From Eutreptiella sp. 'Long Island Sound 2002' (Eukaryota > Protista > Euglenida): a DNA stretch of 64,000 bases. Positions within the stretch are counted from its first letter, which is position 1. Each line of letters begins with the position of its first letter. Shown piece by piece: positions 1-12,700 of this stretch. A program made the position numbers and the translations under genes. The notes beneath the pieces are model-generated. The model was given only the letters and a program-made list of their open reading frames with translations. It was not told the DNA's origin and searched no databases. The stretch is taken from the NCBI GenBank assembly GCA_964036045.1, contig OZ038378.1:32798001-32862000 (forward strand), in the 5' to 3' direction.

Positions 1-129
1 CATGAGGCAACAAGGAACACCCTTGCAAATGGTTAGGTTCATATCCCCGAACCCCAACCCCATAACCATCTCTCCCTAGCCCTTCACTTCACATGGTTCC
101 ATGTGGCCATGCGTTTATGTACACGCAAG

Positions 130-310
130 ATAATTGCACACACGAATGAATGTGGTTGTCAATTTGTGCATGTGCATGTGTGTGTGGACGTGTGTATGGT
201 GTATGTGTGTGTATGTGTTTGGATATTTGTGTCCCTGACGAAGTGTGTGTGTTTGGATGTTTGTGTGTTTGTCGCCAGGGGTACATGTATGCAAGTATGT
301 ATGTGTGCAT
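130..310. repeat. (TG)-rich low-complexity / degenerate microsatellite
   Basis: Runs of tgtgtg/gtgtgtat; the His/Thr- and Val/Cys-rich ORFs here are compositional artefacts. Confidence 0.7.
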
Positions 311-427
311 GCACGCTCAAGTTCTTGGAGAAAAGACGTGGTGAGAACTGCGGACCAATGTTGGTGTGAAAAGGGTGAAGTGTGGGCCAGCAAGGTGGGA
401 AGAGAGGGCGGAAAGGGGGAGAAACTC

Positions 428-735
428 CTGAGTGAGCCCTGAGTGAGCCCCTAATTAGTTCTTAGTGAGCGCTCAGTGAGCCGGCTCAGTGACGGCTCAG
501 TGACGGCTCAGTCGGGCTGCTCAATCAACTGAGCCGTCGAAAAAAAGGAACCCCCCCGGTCAAATCCTCTTGGCCTAGGGACCGGCGTCCCTTTGGGGAC
601 ATTCCAAAACCCCAACCCACCCCCGAAAGCCACAACTTTTCACATTAAACCCCTTGAAAAACACCACTTAGCCCCAAATGAGCCGTTTTAGCCCGAACTG
701 AGCCCCGACTTCACATTTCCTAGTGAGCCGTAGGT
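428..735. repeat. Cluster of TGAGCC/GGCTCA motifs in both orientations at the satellite edge
   Basis: gagtgagccc x2, ggctcagtgac x3, tgagccg and similar, about ten copies in 300 bp. Confidence 0.55.
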
Positions 736-739
736 ACAT

Positions 740-3700
740 GAGGGAATAGACTCCGTATCACCAAAATAAGGGCCCACGCCAAAGCGCGGGAGTCCACATC
801 CCCAACTCAAGCGAGGTACTCCCTGTCCCCATCTCAAGGGGCTAGCCCAAAGCGTCGGAGTCCCGATTCCCAACCTGAGGGGCCGGGCTGGACCACGGGA
901 TCCGTATCTCCAACTCAAGGGGCCACGGCAAATTGTGAGAGTCGACATCCTCGGCTCACCGTGCCACACTCAAGCGTGGGAATCCATAATCCTAACTCAA
1001 GGGGCTACGCCAACACGTGGGATTCCGTATCCCCAACTTAAAGGGCGAAGCCGAAGCTTGGCTCGGCATCCACCAAAGCGTGGGAATCCGAATCTCCAAC
1101 TCAAGGGGCCACATCAGAGCATGTAAGTTCATATCCCGAATTCAAGGGGCCACACTAAAGTGTGGGGATCCATATCCACAACTCAACGGGTCCCACCGAA
1201 GCGCGGAAGTCCTGATCCCCAACTCAAGGGGCCTCAATGAGGAAAGAGATTGTGTATCTCCAACTCAAGGGCCCACACCCAAGCATCGGAGTCTATATCC
1301 CCTACTCAAAGGACCACACCGAAGCGTGGGACTTCGGATCTCCAACTTGAGGGGCCGGGCCAAAGCGTGAAAGTCGGGATCCCCAACTCAAGGGGCAACT
1401 CTAGAGTGTCGGGGTCCGTGTGCCCAACTCAACGGGCCACACCGAAGCCTGGGGATGCATATGCACAACACAAGGGGTCACACCGAACTGTAGGAGGCAT
1501 TCCCCACTTCGAGAGGCCACAAATTAGAGTCCGTATCCCCAACTCAAGGGGCTACACCAAAGTGTGTAAGTCGTTGTTCCCAACTTCTGCGTGGTGGGGG
1601 GGACAGCAAAGCGTGAAGGTCCGTATCCCCAACTGGAGGGGCCAGGCCAAACCATGGGAGCACGCATCCGAGAAATTGAGGGGCTACACTAAAGCGTGGG
1701 AGTTGGTATCCCTAGCACAAGGGGCACACCAAAGCGTGGGAGTCGGTATGCGTGACGGTTGGCGCCACACCAAAGCGGGGGAGTCCGTAACCCCGCCTGA
1801 ACGGGCCACGCCAAAGGGTGTGAGTTGGTATCCCCGATTCGAGGGCTGACACCAAAACAAGGTGGTGTGTATCCCCACCTCGAGGGGCCAAACCGAAGTG
1901 TGGGAGTTCGTATCCCGGACTCACGGGGCCACAACGTAGCATTGGTGTCCGTATCCCCAACTCAAGATGACGCGCCTAGCCTTGGGAGTGTGTATCCTCA
2001 AATCCAGGGCCACACCACACTGAGATAGCCCGCGTCTGCACCTCAAGGGGCTAGGCCAAAGCGTGCGAGTCCGGATTCCCAACTCGAGAGGCCAGTCTAA
2101 ACCGTGGGAGTCTTTATCGCCAATTTCAGGGGCCACGCCAAACTATGGGAGCCGCTATCCCCAAATCAACACACCACAGCAAAGCGGATGCCGTTTCCCA
2201 AACTAAGGGACCGCGCCAAAGCGTGGGAGATGGTTCCCAAACATGCCGCGCCAAAGCATGGGAGTCCGTATTCCCTATTCGAGGGGCCACAACAGCGTGA
2301 GGTAGTCAGTATCCCCAGGTTGCAGAAAGGGGCCCCGCCAAAGCATGGGGATCTTTGTCTCCAACTCCACAGGCCAAAAACAAAAAGCGTGAGAGTCTAC
2401 CTCCCCAATCTTAGGGGCCACGGTCATGTTTGTGAGTCCGTATCCCCAACTCAAGGAGCCAAATCAAAGATCGGAGTTGGAATCTCCAACTGGAGGAGAG
2501 ATGCCAAAGCATGGGAGCCCGGGAGTCCGTATCACTAACTCAAGGGTGCATACCAAGGCGTGGGAGTCCCTATGCCCGAATCAAGGGGGCACGTCAAGAC
2601 GTGAGAGTGCGGACTCCACAATTACAGGGCCATTCCGAAGCCTAGGAGTCTATATCCCCAACTCGAGGGGCCACGATAAAGGGTGGAAGTTGGTATCCCC
2701 AACCCAAGGGACCACACTAAAGTGTGGAAGTTCGTCTCTGCACCTCAAAGGGCCACAAGAAAGCGTGCAAGCCCGTATCCCCAACTCCATGGGCCACCCC
2801 AAAGCATGCACGTCTCCACCCCCACCCCCCCCAGGGACCACCCCAAAGCGTGGAGATGCATATCCCGAACTCATGCTCCCGAAAGCCACCCGAAAGCGTG
2901 CCAAGCAGCATCCCCAATTCAAGGGGCCACCCCAAAGCGTGTCTCTCGGCATCCCAAATTCAAGGGGCCGGCCCCAAAGCATGCGAGTCCGTATCCCCCA
3001 CTCTAGAGCCCACCCCGAAGCGTGTGAGTTTGTATTTCCAACTACACGGGACACACCAAAGTGTGCCAGTCCCCTATAATTAGAGAGAACAACTCCCACG
3101 CCTTGGTGTGGCCCCATGAGTTGGGGATACGGACTATCACGCTTGGGTGTGGCTCCTTGCGTTGAGATACGAAATGTCCCGCCTCAGCGTAGCTCCTAGA
3201 CTTCGAGATGCAGACTCCCATGCTTTCGGGTGAGCCTGTCAGTTGCGGATATGGGTCTTCAGCCTTCAATGTGGTCCCTTGAGTTGAAGGTACAGACTGC
3301 GATGCTTTGCTGCATTTCCTTGAGTTGGACATATGGACCCCAACGCATGTGTGGCTCCTTGTGTCCGGGATGTGGAATCACATGCTTCTGTGTGGCCGGT
3401 TCACTTGGGGATACGGAGTCCCCCGCTTTGGTGTGGCCTCTTGAGTTGGGTGTAAGGACTCCCACGATGTGGCATGCCCCTTCAAGGTCGGGATGCGGAC
3501 TCCGGCGCTTTGGTGTAGCCCCTCGAGTTGGGGATATGGAGTGCCACGCTTCCGTGGTGCCTGTCGAGTTAGTGATATAGACTCGCATGCTTCAATGTGG
3601 CCCGTGGCGTTCGGGATACGGACTCCCACCTTGCAATGTGGCGCCTCAAGTTGGGGATGCCAACGGAGAGGCTTCGGTTTGGCCCATGAGTTAGGGATAC

Positions 3701-6700
3701 GGAGTGCCATGCTTTGGTGTGGCCCCTTGGGTTAGGATTATGGATTCCCACGCTTGGTTGTGGCCGTTAGAGCTGGGGATACGGACTCCCACACTTTGGT
3801 TGGGCACCTCGAATCGGGTTTACAAACTCACACACTGTGGCGTGGCATCTTGAGTTTGCGATATGGACTCCCACACCTTGGTGTGGCCCCTGTAGTTGGG
3901 GATACCGACTGCCACACTTTTCTGCGGCCCGTCAAGTAGGGGATACGGACGACCTCGCTTTAGTGTGGCCCTCCAATTGCGGATGCACAATCCCATGCTT
4001 TGGCTTGGTATCTTGATTTCGGGATACGTACTACCATGCCATAGTGTGGCCGTTCAAGTTGGGGATACCCCCTGCCACGCCTCGGGGTGGCCCCTTGAAT
4101 TAGGGATACGGACTAAAACGCCTTGGTGTGGCGCTTTTGTGTGGCCCGGCATGGCCCCTCAAGTTGGGGATACAAACCCACACCGTTTGGCCCACCCTCT
4201 TTGGTGGGGGATGCGGACTCCCATGCTTTGGTGGGGCCCTTTTGGGTTGGGGTTCCAGACTTCCACGCCTCGGCGTGGCCCCTCCCGTTGGAGATACAGA
4301 CTCGCACCCTTTGGTGTGGCCCCTTGAGTTGGGGATATGGACCACCATGCTGTGGTGCAGCCCCTTGAGTTTGGGACACGGACTTCCTGGCTTGGGCACG
4401 ACCCCTCAAGTTGGGGGTACCGTCTCCCATGCTTTGGCTTGGCCTATGCGATTGGTGATGTGGACTCCCACGCTTTGGCGTGGGCCCTTGACTCAGGGAT
4501 ACAAACTCCCACACTCCGGCGTGGCCCCGACCTTTCGAGATGTAGACTCCCAAATTTTGGCATGGCCCCTCTAGTTGGGGGGAATGGACTACCACAATTG
4601 GGCGTGGCCTTGGAGTTGGGGATATAGATTCGCACACTTTTGAGTGGCCCCTTCCGTTCGGGATATACACTCACACGTGCCCCCTCGTGTTGGGGATACT
4701 AATTCCCACGCTTTGGTGTGGCCCCTTCATATGGGGATGCGAACTCCCACTTTGTGGCGAAGTATCTTGATATGGCCCCTGGAGTTGCAGATACGGGTTC
4801 CCACGTTTTGTCTTGGCCCCTTGAGTTGGGGATACCGACTGGCAAGTGTTCGCACGTCCTTTCCACTTACGCATGTAGACTCCCACGCTATGGCGTGGCA
4901 CCATGAATCGGGGATAGGAACTCCTGGGCTTTGGCGTCGCACCTTGCGTAGGGGATATGGAGCCCCCCCCCACTTCGGTATGGCCCCTAGAGTTCACGAT
5001 ATGGACACCCGAGGTTTGGCGTGGCCCCTTCAGTTGGGAGGTGGACTACCACCCTTTGGCCCCGACCCTTGAAGTGGGGGCACGGACTCCCACGCTTTGG
5101 CGTCGCCCTTGAGTTAGGAAAATGGACGCATCTGCATTGGCGTGGCCCCTTGAGTTCGGGATATGGACTCCCACGCTTTAGCCCCACCCCTCGGGTTGGA
5201 CATACACACACCCATGCCTTGGTGCCGCCCCTTGAGTTGAGGATATGTACTCCCACGCTTTGGCGCGGCCCGTTGAGTTGGGAATATGGACTCCCGAGCT
5301 TTGGTGTGACCCCTCAGATTGGGGGAACGGACTCCCACACTTTGGCGTGGCCCCTTGAGTTGGGGATACCGACTCCGGCGCTTTGGAGTGGCACTTTCAT
5401 TTGGAGATACGGAATTGCCCAATTTTGGTGTGGCTTGTGGCCCTTCGAGTCGGGGATACCAAATCCCACACTTCGGAGTGGCGCCTTGACTCGGGGATAC
5501 CGACTCCCACGCTTCCATGTGGCCCCTTTAGTTGGGGGTACGGACTCCTATACTTCGGTGTGGCCCCTCCAATGAGGGATACCGGTTCCGATGCTTTGGC
5601 CCGGCCTCTCAGGTGGGTGATACCAACTCCCACGCTTCAGTATGGCCCCTCCGGTTGGGACAGAGAAGGTCGCGTAGTTCAGCGGTCATGCACGTGACAC
5701 CTGAACTAGAGGTGCTCGGTTCGAATCCCGGTGGGGTTGGAACGCAGTGTCCTAGGCGCTAGGGTGTCTGTGACCCCGCGAGCCGGAAGGGATGCTGCGA
5801 GGGACAGGTAGGGATCACGGATACGCTGGAGTTCGGTGAGCGCCCGAGCACTTTACCTTTACCTCCGGTTGGGACTACCAATGCCCACACTTTGGTATGG
5901 CCTCTTGACTTGGGGATCCGCACTCCCACGCTTTGGTGTGGCCCGGCTACACTGAGGCGGGAGATTCCGTATCCCAAACTCAAGGGGCCGGACCAAAGTG
6001 TGGCAGTCCCTATCCGCAAGTCTCTCATGCTTTGGCAGGGCCCCTCGTGTTAGTGATATGGATTCCCGGACCCGCGAGCTGGGGCACTGACACCTCATGC
6101 TGTTGTGGCCCCTCCAATAGGGAATACGGTCTCGCATGCTTCGGCGCGACATGTTGAGGTTGGGAATTGTCTCCCACGCTTTGGCGCGGTCCCTTAGTTT
6201 GAGAAACGGACTCCGTTTTGGTGTGGTGTGTTGATTTGGGGATAGCGACTCCTGCAAGTTGTCGTGGCCCCTGGATTTGGCGATACGGACTCCCATGGTT
6301 CAGCCCGCGCATCCGCACCTCAAGGGGCTACAGCAAAGCGTGCGAGTCTCTATACCCGATTTGAGAGCTGACATGAAAAAAATGTGTTGTGTATCCCCAC
6401 CTCAAGGGGCCACACCGCAGTGTGGGAGTTCGTATCCCAAACACACGGGGCCGGAACGAAGCATAGGAGTCCGTATCCCCAAATCAAGAGGCGGTGCCAA
6501 AGTGTGGCAATGTGTATCCCCGATTTCGGGGCCAGACCAAAGCGAGGTAGTCCGTGTCCCCAACTCAAGGGCCTAGCCCAAAGCGTCGAAGTCCCGATTC
6601 CCAACCCGGGGGCCCGGGCTGAACCTTGGGAGTCCGTTTCCCCATCTCAAGGGGCCACGGCAGCTGTGGGAGTCGACATCCTCGGCTCAACATGCCACAA

Positions 6701-9700
6701 CCAAGCGTGGGAATCCATAGTCGTAACTCAAGGGGCTACGCCAAGACCTGGGAATCCGTATCCCCAACTCAAGGGGGGAAACAGAAGCGTGGCTGTCGGC
6801 ATCCACCGAAGCCCGGGAATCCAAATCTCCAACTCAAGGGGCCACATCACGGCATTTAAGTCCATATCCGGAAACTCAAGGGGCCACACTAAAGTGTGGG
6901 GATCCATATCCACAACTCAACGGGTCCCACCGAAGCGCGGAAGTCCTGATCCCCAACTCAACGGGCCTCAGTGCCGAAAGAGAATGCGTATCTCCAACTC
7001 AAGGGCCCACACCAAAGCATGGGAGTCTATATCGCCTACTCAAAGGAGCACAGCAAAACTTGGGACCTCGGAATTCCAACTTGAGGGGCCGGGCCAAAGC
7101 GTGAAAGTCGGGACCCCCAACTCAGTGGGCAACTCCAAAGCGTGGGGGTCCGTGTGCCCAACTCCAGGGGCCACACCGAAGCGGGAATGCATATGCACAA
7201 CGCAAGGGTTTGCATCGAACTCCGCGAGGCATTCCCCACTTTGAGATGCCACAAAGAGGGATTAGAGTGTGTATCCCCAACTCAAGGGGCTACACCTAAG
7301 TGTGTGAGTCGTTATTCCCAACTTCTCGGTGTGGGCGGGGGGGACAACAAAGCGCGGAGGTTTGTATCCCCAAGTCGAGGGACCGGGCCAAACCATGGGA
7401 GTATGCATCCCCAACTTCGGGCGCTACACTAAAGCGTGGGAGTTGGTTTCCGTGACGGTTGGCACCACACCAAAGCGTGGGAGTCCGTATCTCCACCACA
7501 CGGGGCCACACCAAAGCGTGTGAGTTGGTATCCCCTATTTGAGGGTTCACACCAAAACAAGCTGGTGTGTATCCCCACCTCGAGAGGCAAGACCAAAGCG
7601 TGGGATTTCGTATCCCCAATTCACGGGGCCACAACGAAGCATGGGAGTCCGTATCCCCAACTCAAGATGACGCGCCTAACCCCGGGAGTGTGTATTCTCA
7701 ATTATAGGGCCACACCACAGTGAGGTAGTCCGTGTCCCCAACTCGAGGGGCTAGGCCAAAGCGTGGGAGTCCGGATTCCCAACTCAAGAGGCCGGACTCC
7801 CGCGCATTCATGTGGTCCCATCTGTCGGGGATACTAACTCCCAAGCTTTCGTGTGACCCCTCGTGCTACGGATAGCAACTCCCACGCTTCGGTGGAGCCC
7901 CTCAAGTTGGGGATGTGTACTCCCATGGTTTGGCCCGGCCCCTCGAGTTGGGGATACACACTTACAAACTTTGGTGTAGCCCCTTGAGATGGGGATACGA
8001 AAGCTCATCCCTCACTCTGGCCTCTTAAAGTGTTAAAGTGGGGGGTGCCTCCCACAGTTTGGTCCGACCCCTTGCGCTTTGCATATGCATCCCCACGCTT
8101 CGGTGTGGCCCCTAGATTTAGGGACACACACTCCCACGGTTTGGAGTGGCCCCTTACGTTGGAGATACCGAATCTCGCACTTTGCCCCGGCCCCTCAAGT
8201 TGGAAATACGAAGTCCCTGGCTTCGGTGTGGTCCCTTGAGTAGGGGATATGGACTCCCATGCTTTGGCGTGGCCCATCAGTTGCTGATACGGAGTCTATT
8301 CCCTCACTATGGCGCCTTGAATTGGGATAACTACCCCAAGGCTTCGGTGTGACCCCTCGGGTTGTGGATATGGATCCCCACGCTTTAGTGTGGCCCCTTG
8401 AGTTGAGGATATGGCCTCACACGCTATGATGTGGGTTGAATTGCATGGAGAACTTCCACACTTGGGTGTGGCCCCTGGCGCGGGTGTACCGCTTCCCACA
8501 CTTGGGAATGCCCCTCCACTTTGGGATACCACATTTTGGCCCGGCCTCTTGAGTGAGGGACACAGATTCAAAAGCTTTGGAGTGGCCCCTTGAGCACTCC
8601 ATACGGACTTCCATGCTTTAGCGTGGTCCCCTACGGTGGGAATATGGGGTCCCGCTCTTTGGTGTGGCTCCTTCAGTTGGGATACGGAATGTCCCGCCTC
8701 ACTGTAGCTCCCGGACTTCGAGATGCAGACCCCCATGCTTTCGGGTGACCCTTTCAGTTGTGGTATTGGTCCCCACCATTAAATGTGGTCCCTTGAGTTC
8801 AAAGGTACAGGCTGCGATGCTTTAGTGCAATTCCTTGAGTTGGAGATACGGACTCCAACGCATGTGTGGCTCCTTGTGTCCGGTATGCGGAATCACATGC
8901 TTCCATGTGGCCCGTTCACTTGGGGATACGGAGTCCCCCGCTTTGGTGTCCCCTCTTGAGTTGGGTATAAAGACTCCCACGATGTGGCATGCCCCTTCAA
9001 GGTCGGGATGCGGACTCCGGCGCTTTGGTGTGCCCTCTTGAGTTGGGTATAGAGACTTCGACGATGTGGTGTGCCCCTTCAAGGTCGGGATGCGGAGTCC
9101 GACACTTTGGTGTAGCCCCTCGAGTTGGGGATATGGAGTGCCACGCTTCCGTGGTGCCTATCAAGTTAGTGATATAGACTTGCATGCTTTTATGTTGCCC
9201 CTGGCGTTTGGGATACGGACTCCCACCTTGCAAAGAGGCGCCTCAAGTGGTGGATGCCAACGGCGAGGCTTCGGTTTGGCCCATGAGTTAGGGATACGGA
9301 GTGCCATGCTTTGGTGTGGCCCCTCGGGTGGGTATTATGGATTCCCAAGCTTGTGGCCGTTTGAGCTGGGGATACGGACTACCACACTTTGGTTGGGTCC
9401 CTCGAATGGGGTTTACAAACTCACACCCTTTGGTGTGGCATCTTGAGTTTGCGATATGGACTCCCACACCTTGGTGTGGCCCTTGTAGTTGAGGATACCG
9501 ACTGCCGACTGCACTTTTCTGCGGCCCGTCAAGTAGGGGATACGGACGACCTCGCTTTAGTGTGGCCCTCCAATTGCGGATGAACAATCCCATGCTTTGG
9601 CTTGGTATCTTGAGTTCGGGATACGGACTCCCATGCTATGGTGTGGCCGTTCAAGTTGGGGATACCCCCTGCCACGCCTCGGGGTGGCCCCTTGAATTAG

Positions 9701-12700
9701 GGATACGGACTACCACGTTTTGGTGTGGCGCTTTTGTGTGGCCCGTCCAGTTCGGGATATGGACACCCACACTTTGGCGAGGCCCCTCACGTTCGGGATA
9801 CAAACCCCCATTGTTTGGGCCACCCTCTTTGGTGGGGGGTGCGGACTCCCATGCTCTGGTGGGGCCCTTTTGGGTTGGGGGTCCGGACTTCCACGCCTCG
9901 GCGTGGCCCCTCACGTTGGAGATATAGACTCGCACGCTTTGGTGTGGCCCCTTGAGTTGGGGATATGGACCCCATGCTCTGGTGCGGCCCCTTGAGTTTG
10001 GGACACGGACTTCCACGCTTGGGCACGGCGCCTCAAGTTGGGGGTACCGTCTCCCATGCTTTGGCTTGGCCTATGCGATTGGTGATGTGGACTCCCACGC
10101 TTTGGCGTGGGCCCTTGACTCGGTGTTACAAAGTCCCACACTCGGGCGTGGCCCCGAGCTTTCAAGATGTGGACTCCCAAATTTTGGCATGGCCCCTCTA
10201 GTTTGGGGGACCGGACTACCACACTTTGGCGTGGCCTTGGAGTTGGGGATACAAATTCCCACGCTTTGGTGTGGCCCCTTCATAGGGGGATGCGAACTCC
10301 CACTTTGTGGCGTAGCATCTTCATACGGCCCCTGGAGTTGGGGATACAGGCTCCCACGTTTTGTCGCGGCCCCTTGACTTGGGGATACGGACTGGCAAGT
10401 GTTGGTGCGTCCTTTTCACTTGCGCATGTAGACTCCCACAATGTGGCGTGGCACCTTGAATCAGGGATATGAACTCCCCCGCTTTGGCGTGGCACCTTGA
10501 GTAGGGGATATGGAGCCCCCCCCAGTTCGGTGTGGCCCCTGGAGTTTGGGATATGGACACCCACGCTTTGGTGTGGTCCCTTGGGTTGGAGATACACATT
10601 CTCTTTCCTCATTGAGGCCCCTTGAGTTGGGGATCAGGACTCCCGCGCTTCGGTGGGACCCCTTGAGTTGTGGATATGGATCCCCACACTTTAGTGTGGC
10701 CCCTTGAGGTCGGGATGTGGACTCACACGCTTTGGTGTGGCCCTTTGAGTTGGAGATTTGGATTCCCACGCTTTGGTGGATGCCGACACCCAGGCTTCGG
10801 TTTCGCCCCTTGAGTTGGGGATACGGACTCCCACGTGTAGCCCCCTGAGTTAGGATTATGGATTCCCACACTTGGGTGTGGCATATTGAGCCGAGGATAT
10901 CAACTCCCACAGTTTGCCGTGGCCCCTTGAGTTGGGGATACGGACTCCCGAAGTTCAGCCCGGCCCCTGGGGTTGGGAAGCGGGATTCCGACGCTTTGGG
11001 CTAGGCCCTTGAGTTGGGGCCACGAACTACCTCGCTTCGGTGTGGCCCTCGAATGGGGGATACATACTTCCACGCTTTGGCACCGCCTCTTGATTTGGGG
11101 GTACGGACTCCCATGCTTCATTCCGGCCCCGTGTGTTGGGGATACCAACTCCCACGCTTCGGTGTGGCCCCTCAAATGGGAAAGCGCAACACATTGTTTT
11201 GCTGTCAGCTCTCGAATCGGGTATAGAGACTCGTACGCTTTGTTGTGGACCCTTGAGGTGCGGATACCGACTACCACGCATTTGTGTGGCCCCGTCCGGC
11301 GGGGATGCTAACTCCCAAGCTTTCGTGTGGCCCCTGGTGCTATAGATAGCAATCCCCACGCTTCGGTGGAGCCCCTCAACTTGAGGATGCGTACTCCCAT
11401 GGTTTGGCCCGGCCCCTCGAGTTGGGGATACACACTTACAAACTTTGGTGTGGCCCCTTGAGATGGGGATACGAAATCTGATCCCTCACTGTGGCCTCTT
11501 AAAGTGTGAAAGTGGGGGATGCCTCCCATAGTTTGGTCCGACCCCTTGCGCCGTGCATATGCATCCCCACGCTTCGGTGTGGCCCTTGGATTTAGGGACA
11601 CACAGTCCGACGGTTTGGAGTGGCCCCTTGCGTTGGGGATACCGACTCCCACGCTTTGCACCGCCCGTCGAGTTGGAAATACGAAGTCCCACGCTTTGGT
11701 GTGGTCCCTTGAGTTGGGGATGTGGACTCCCATGCTTTGGCGTGGGCCCTTAAGTTGGTCCGTAACCCCAACTCAAGGGGCAATACCAAGGCATGCGGGT
11801 GTGGATGCCCCACTCGAGGGGCCAAAGCGTGGGACTCCATGTTCCCAACGCAGGGGAGCACGCTAAAGCATGGAAGTCCGTATGGACGGCTCAAGGGGCC
11901 ACTCCAAAGCTTTTGAATACGTATCCCTAAATCGAGAGGCCGGGCCAAAATGAGGCAGTCTGTATCCCAAACTAGAGGGGCATTCCAAAGCGTGGGAGGC
12001 GGTATCCCCACTCAAGGGGCCACACCAAAGTGTGGACGTTCACATGTCCAATTCAAGCGCCCACACCATAGCGCGTGAGGCCACATCCTCAACTCTAGAG
12101 GCCACACTAAAGCCTGGGGATCCATATCCACAACCCGAGGGGTCACACCTACCGAAGCCTTGGAGTCCTTATCCCCAATTCAAGGCGCCATAGTGAGGGA
12201 ATCACGCTTTGGTGTGGCTCCTTGAGTTGGGATACGGAATGTCCCGCCTCACCGTAGCTCCCGGACTTCGAGATGCAGACTCCCATGCTTTCGGGTGACC
12301 CTTTCAGTTGTGGATATTGGTCCCCACCATTAAATGTGGTCCCTTGAGTTGAAGGTACAGGCTGCGATGCTTTAGTGCATTTCCTTGAGTTGGACATATG
12401 GACCCCAACGCATGTGTGGCTCCTTGTGTCCGGGATGCGGAATCACATGCTTCCGTGTGGCCCGTTCACTTGGGGATACGGAGTCCCCCGCTTTGGTGTG
12501 GCCTCTTGAGTTGGGTATAAGGACTCCCACGATGTGGCATGCCCCTTCAAGGTCGGGATGCGGACTCCGGCGCTTTGGTGTAGCCCCTCGAGTTGGGGAT
12601 ATGGAGGCCACGCTTCCGTGGTGCCTATCTAGTCGGTGATATAGACTGGCATGCTTTAACGTGGCCCGTGGTGTTCGGGATACGGACTCCCACCTTGCAA

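Noticed and set aside
310-345. Candidate exon 7 (ccgcag|TT...VLTTSFLQELE)
   Set aside because: The phase fits, but it is too short, only weakly similar to the expected SFQEIV region, and runs into low-complexity sequence.
5668-5740. Functional tRNA gene
   Set aside because: The anticodon stem does not pair and the acceptor and T stems are mismatched; the TSD and tail indicate a SINE.
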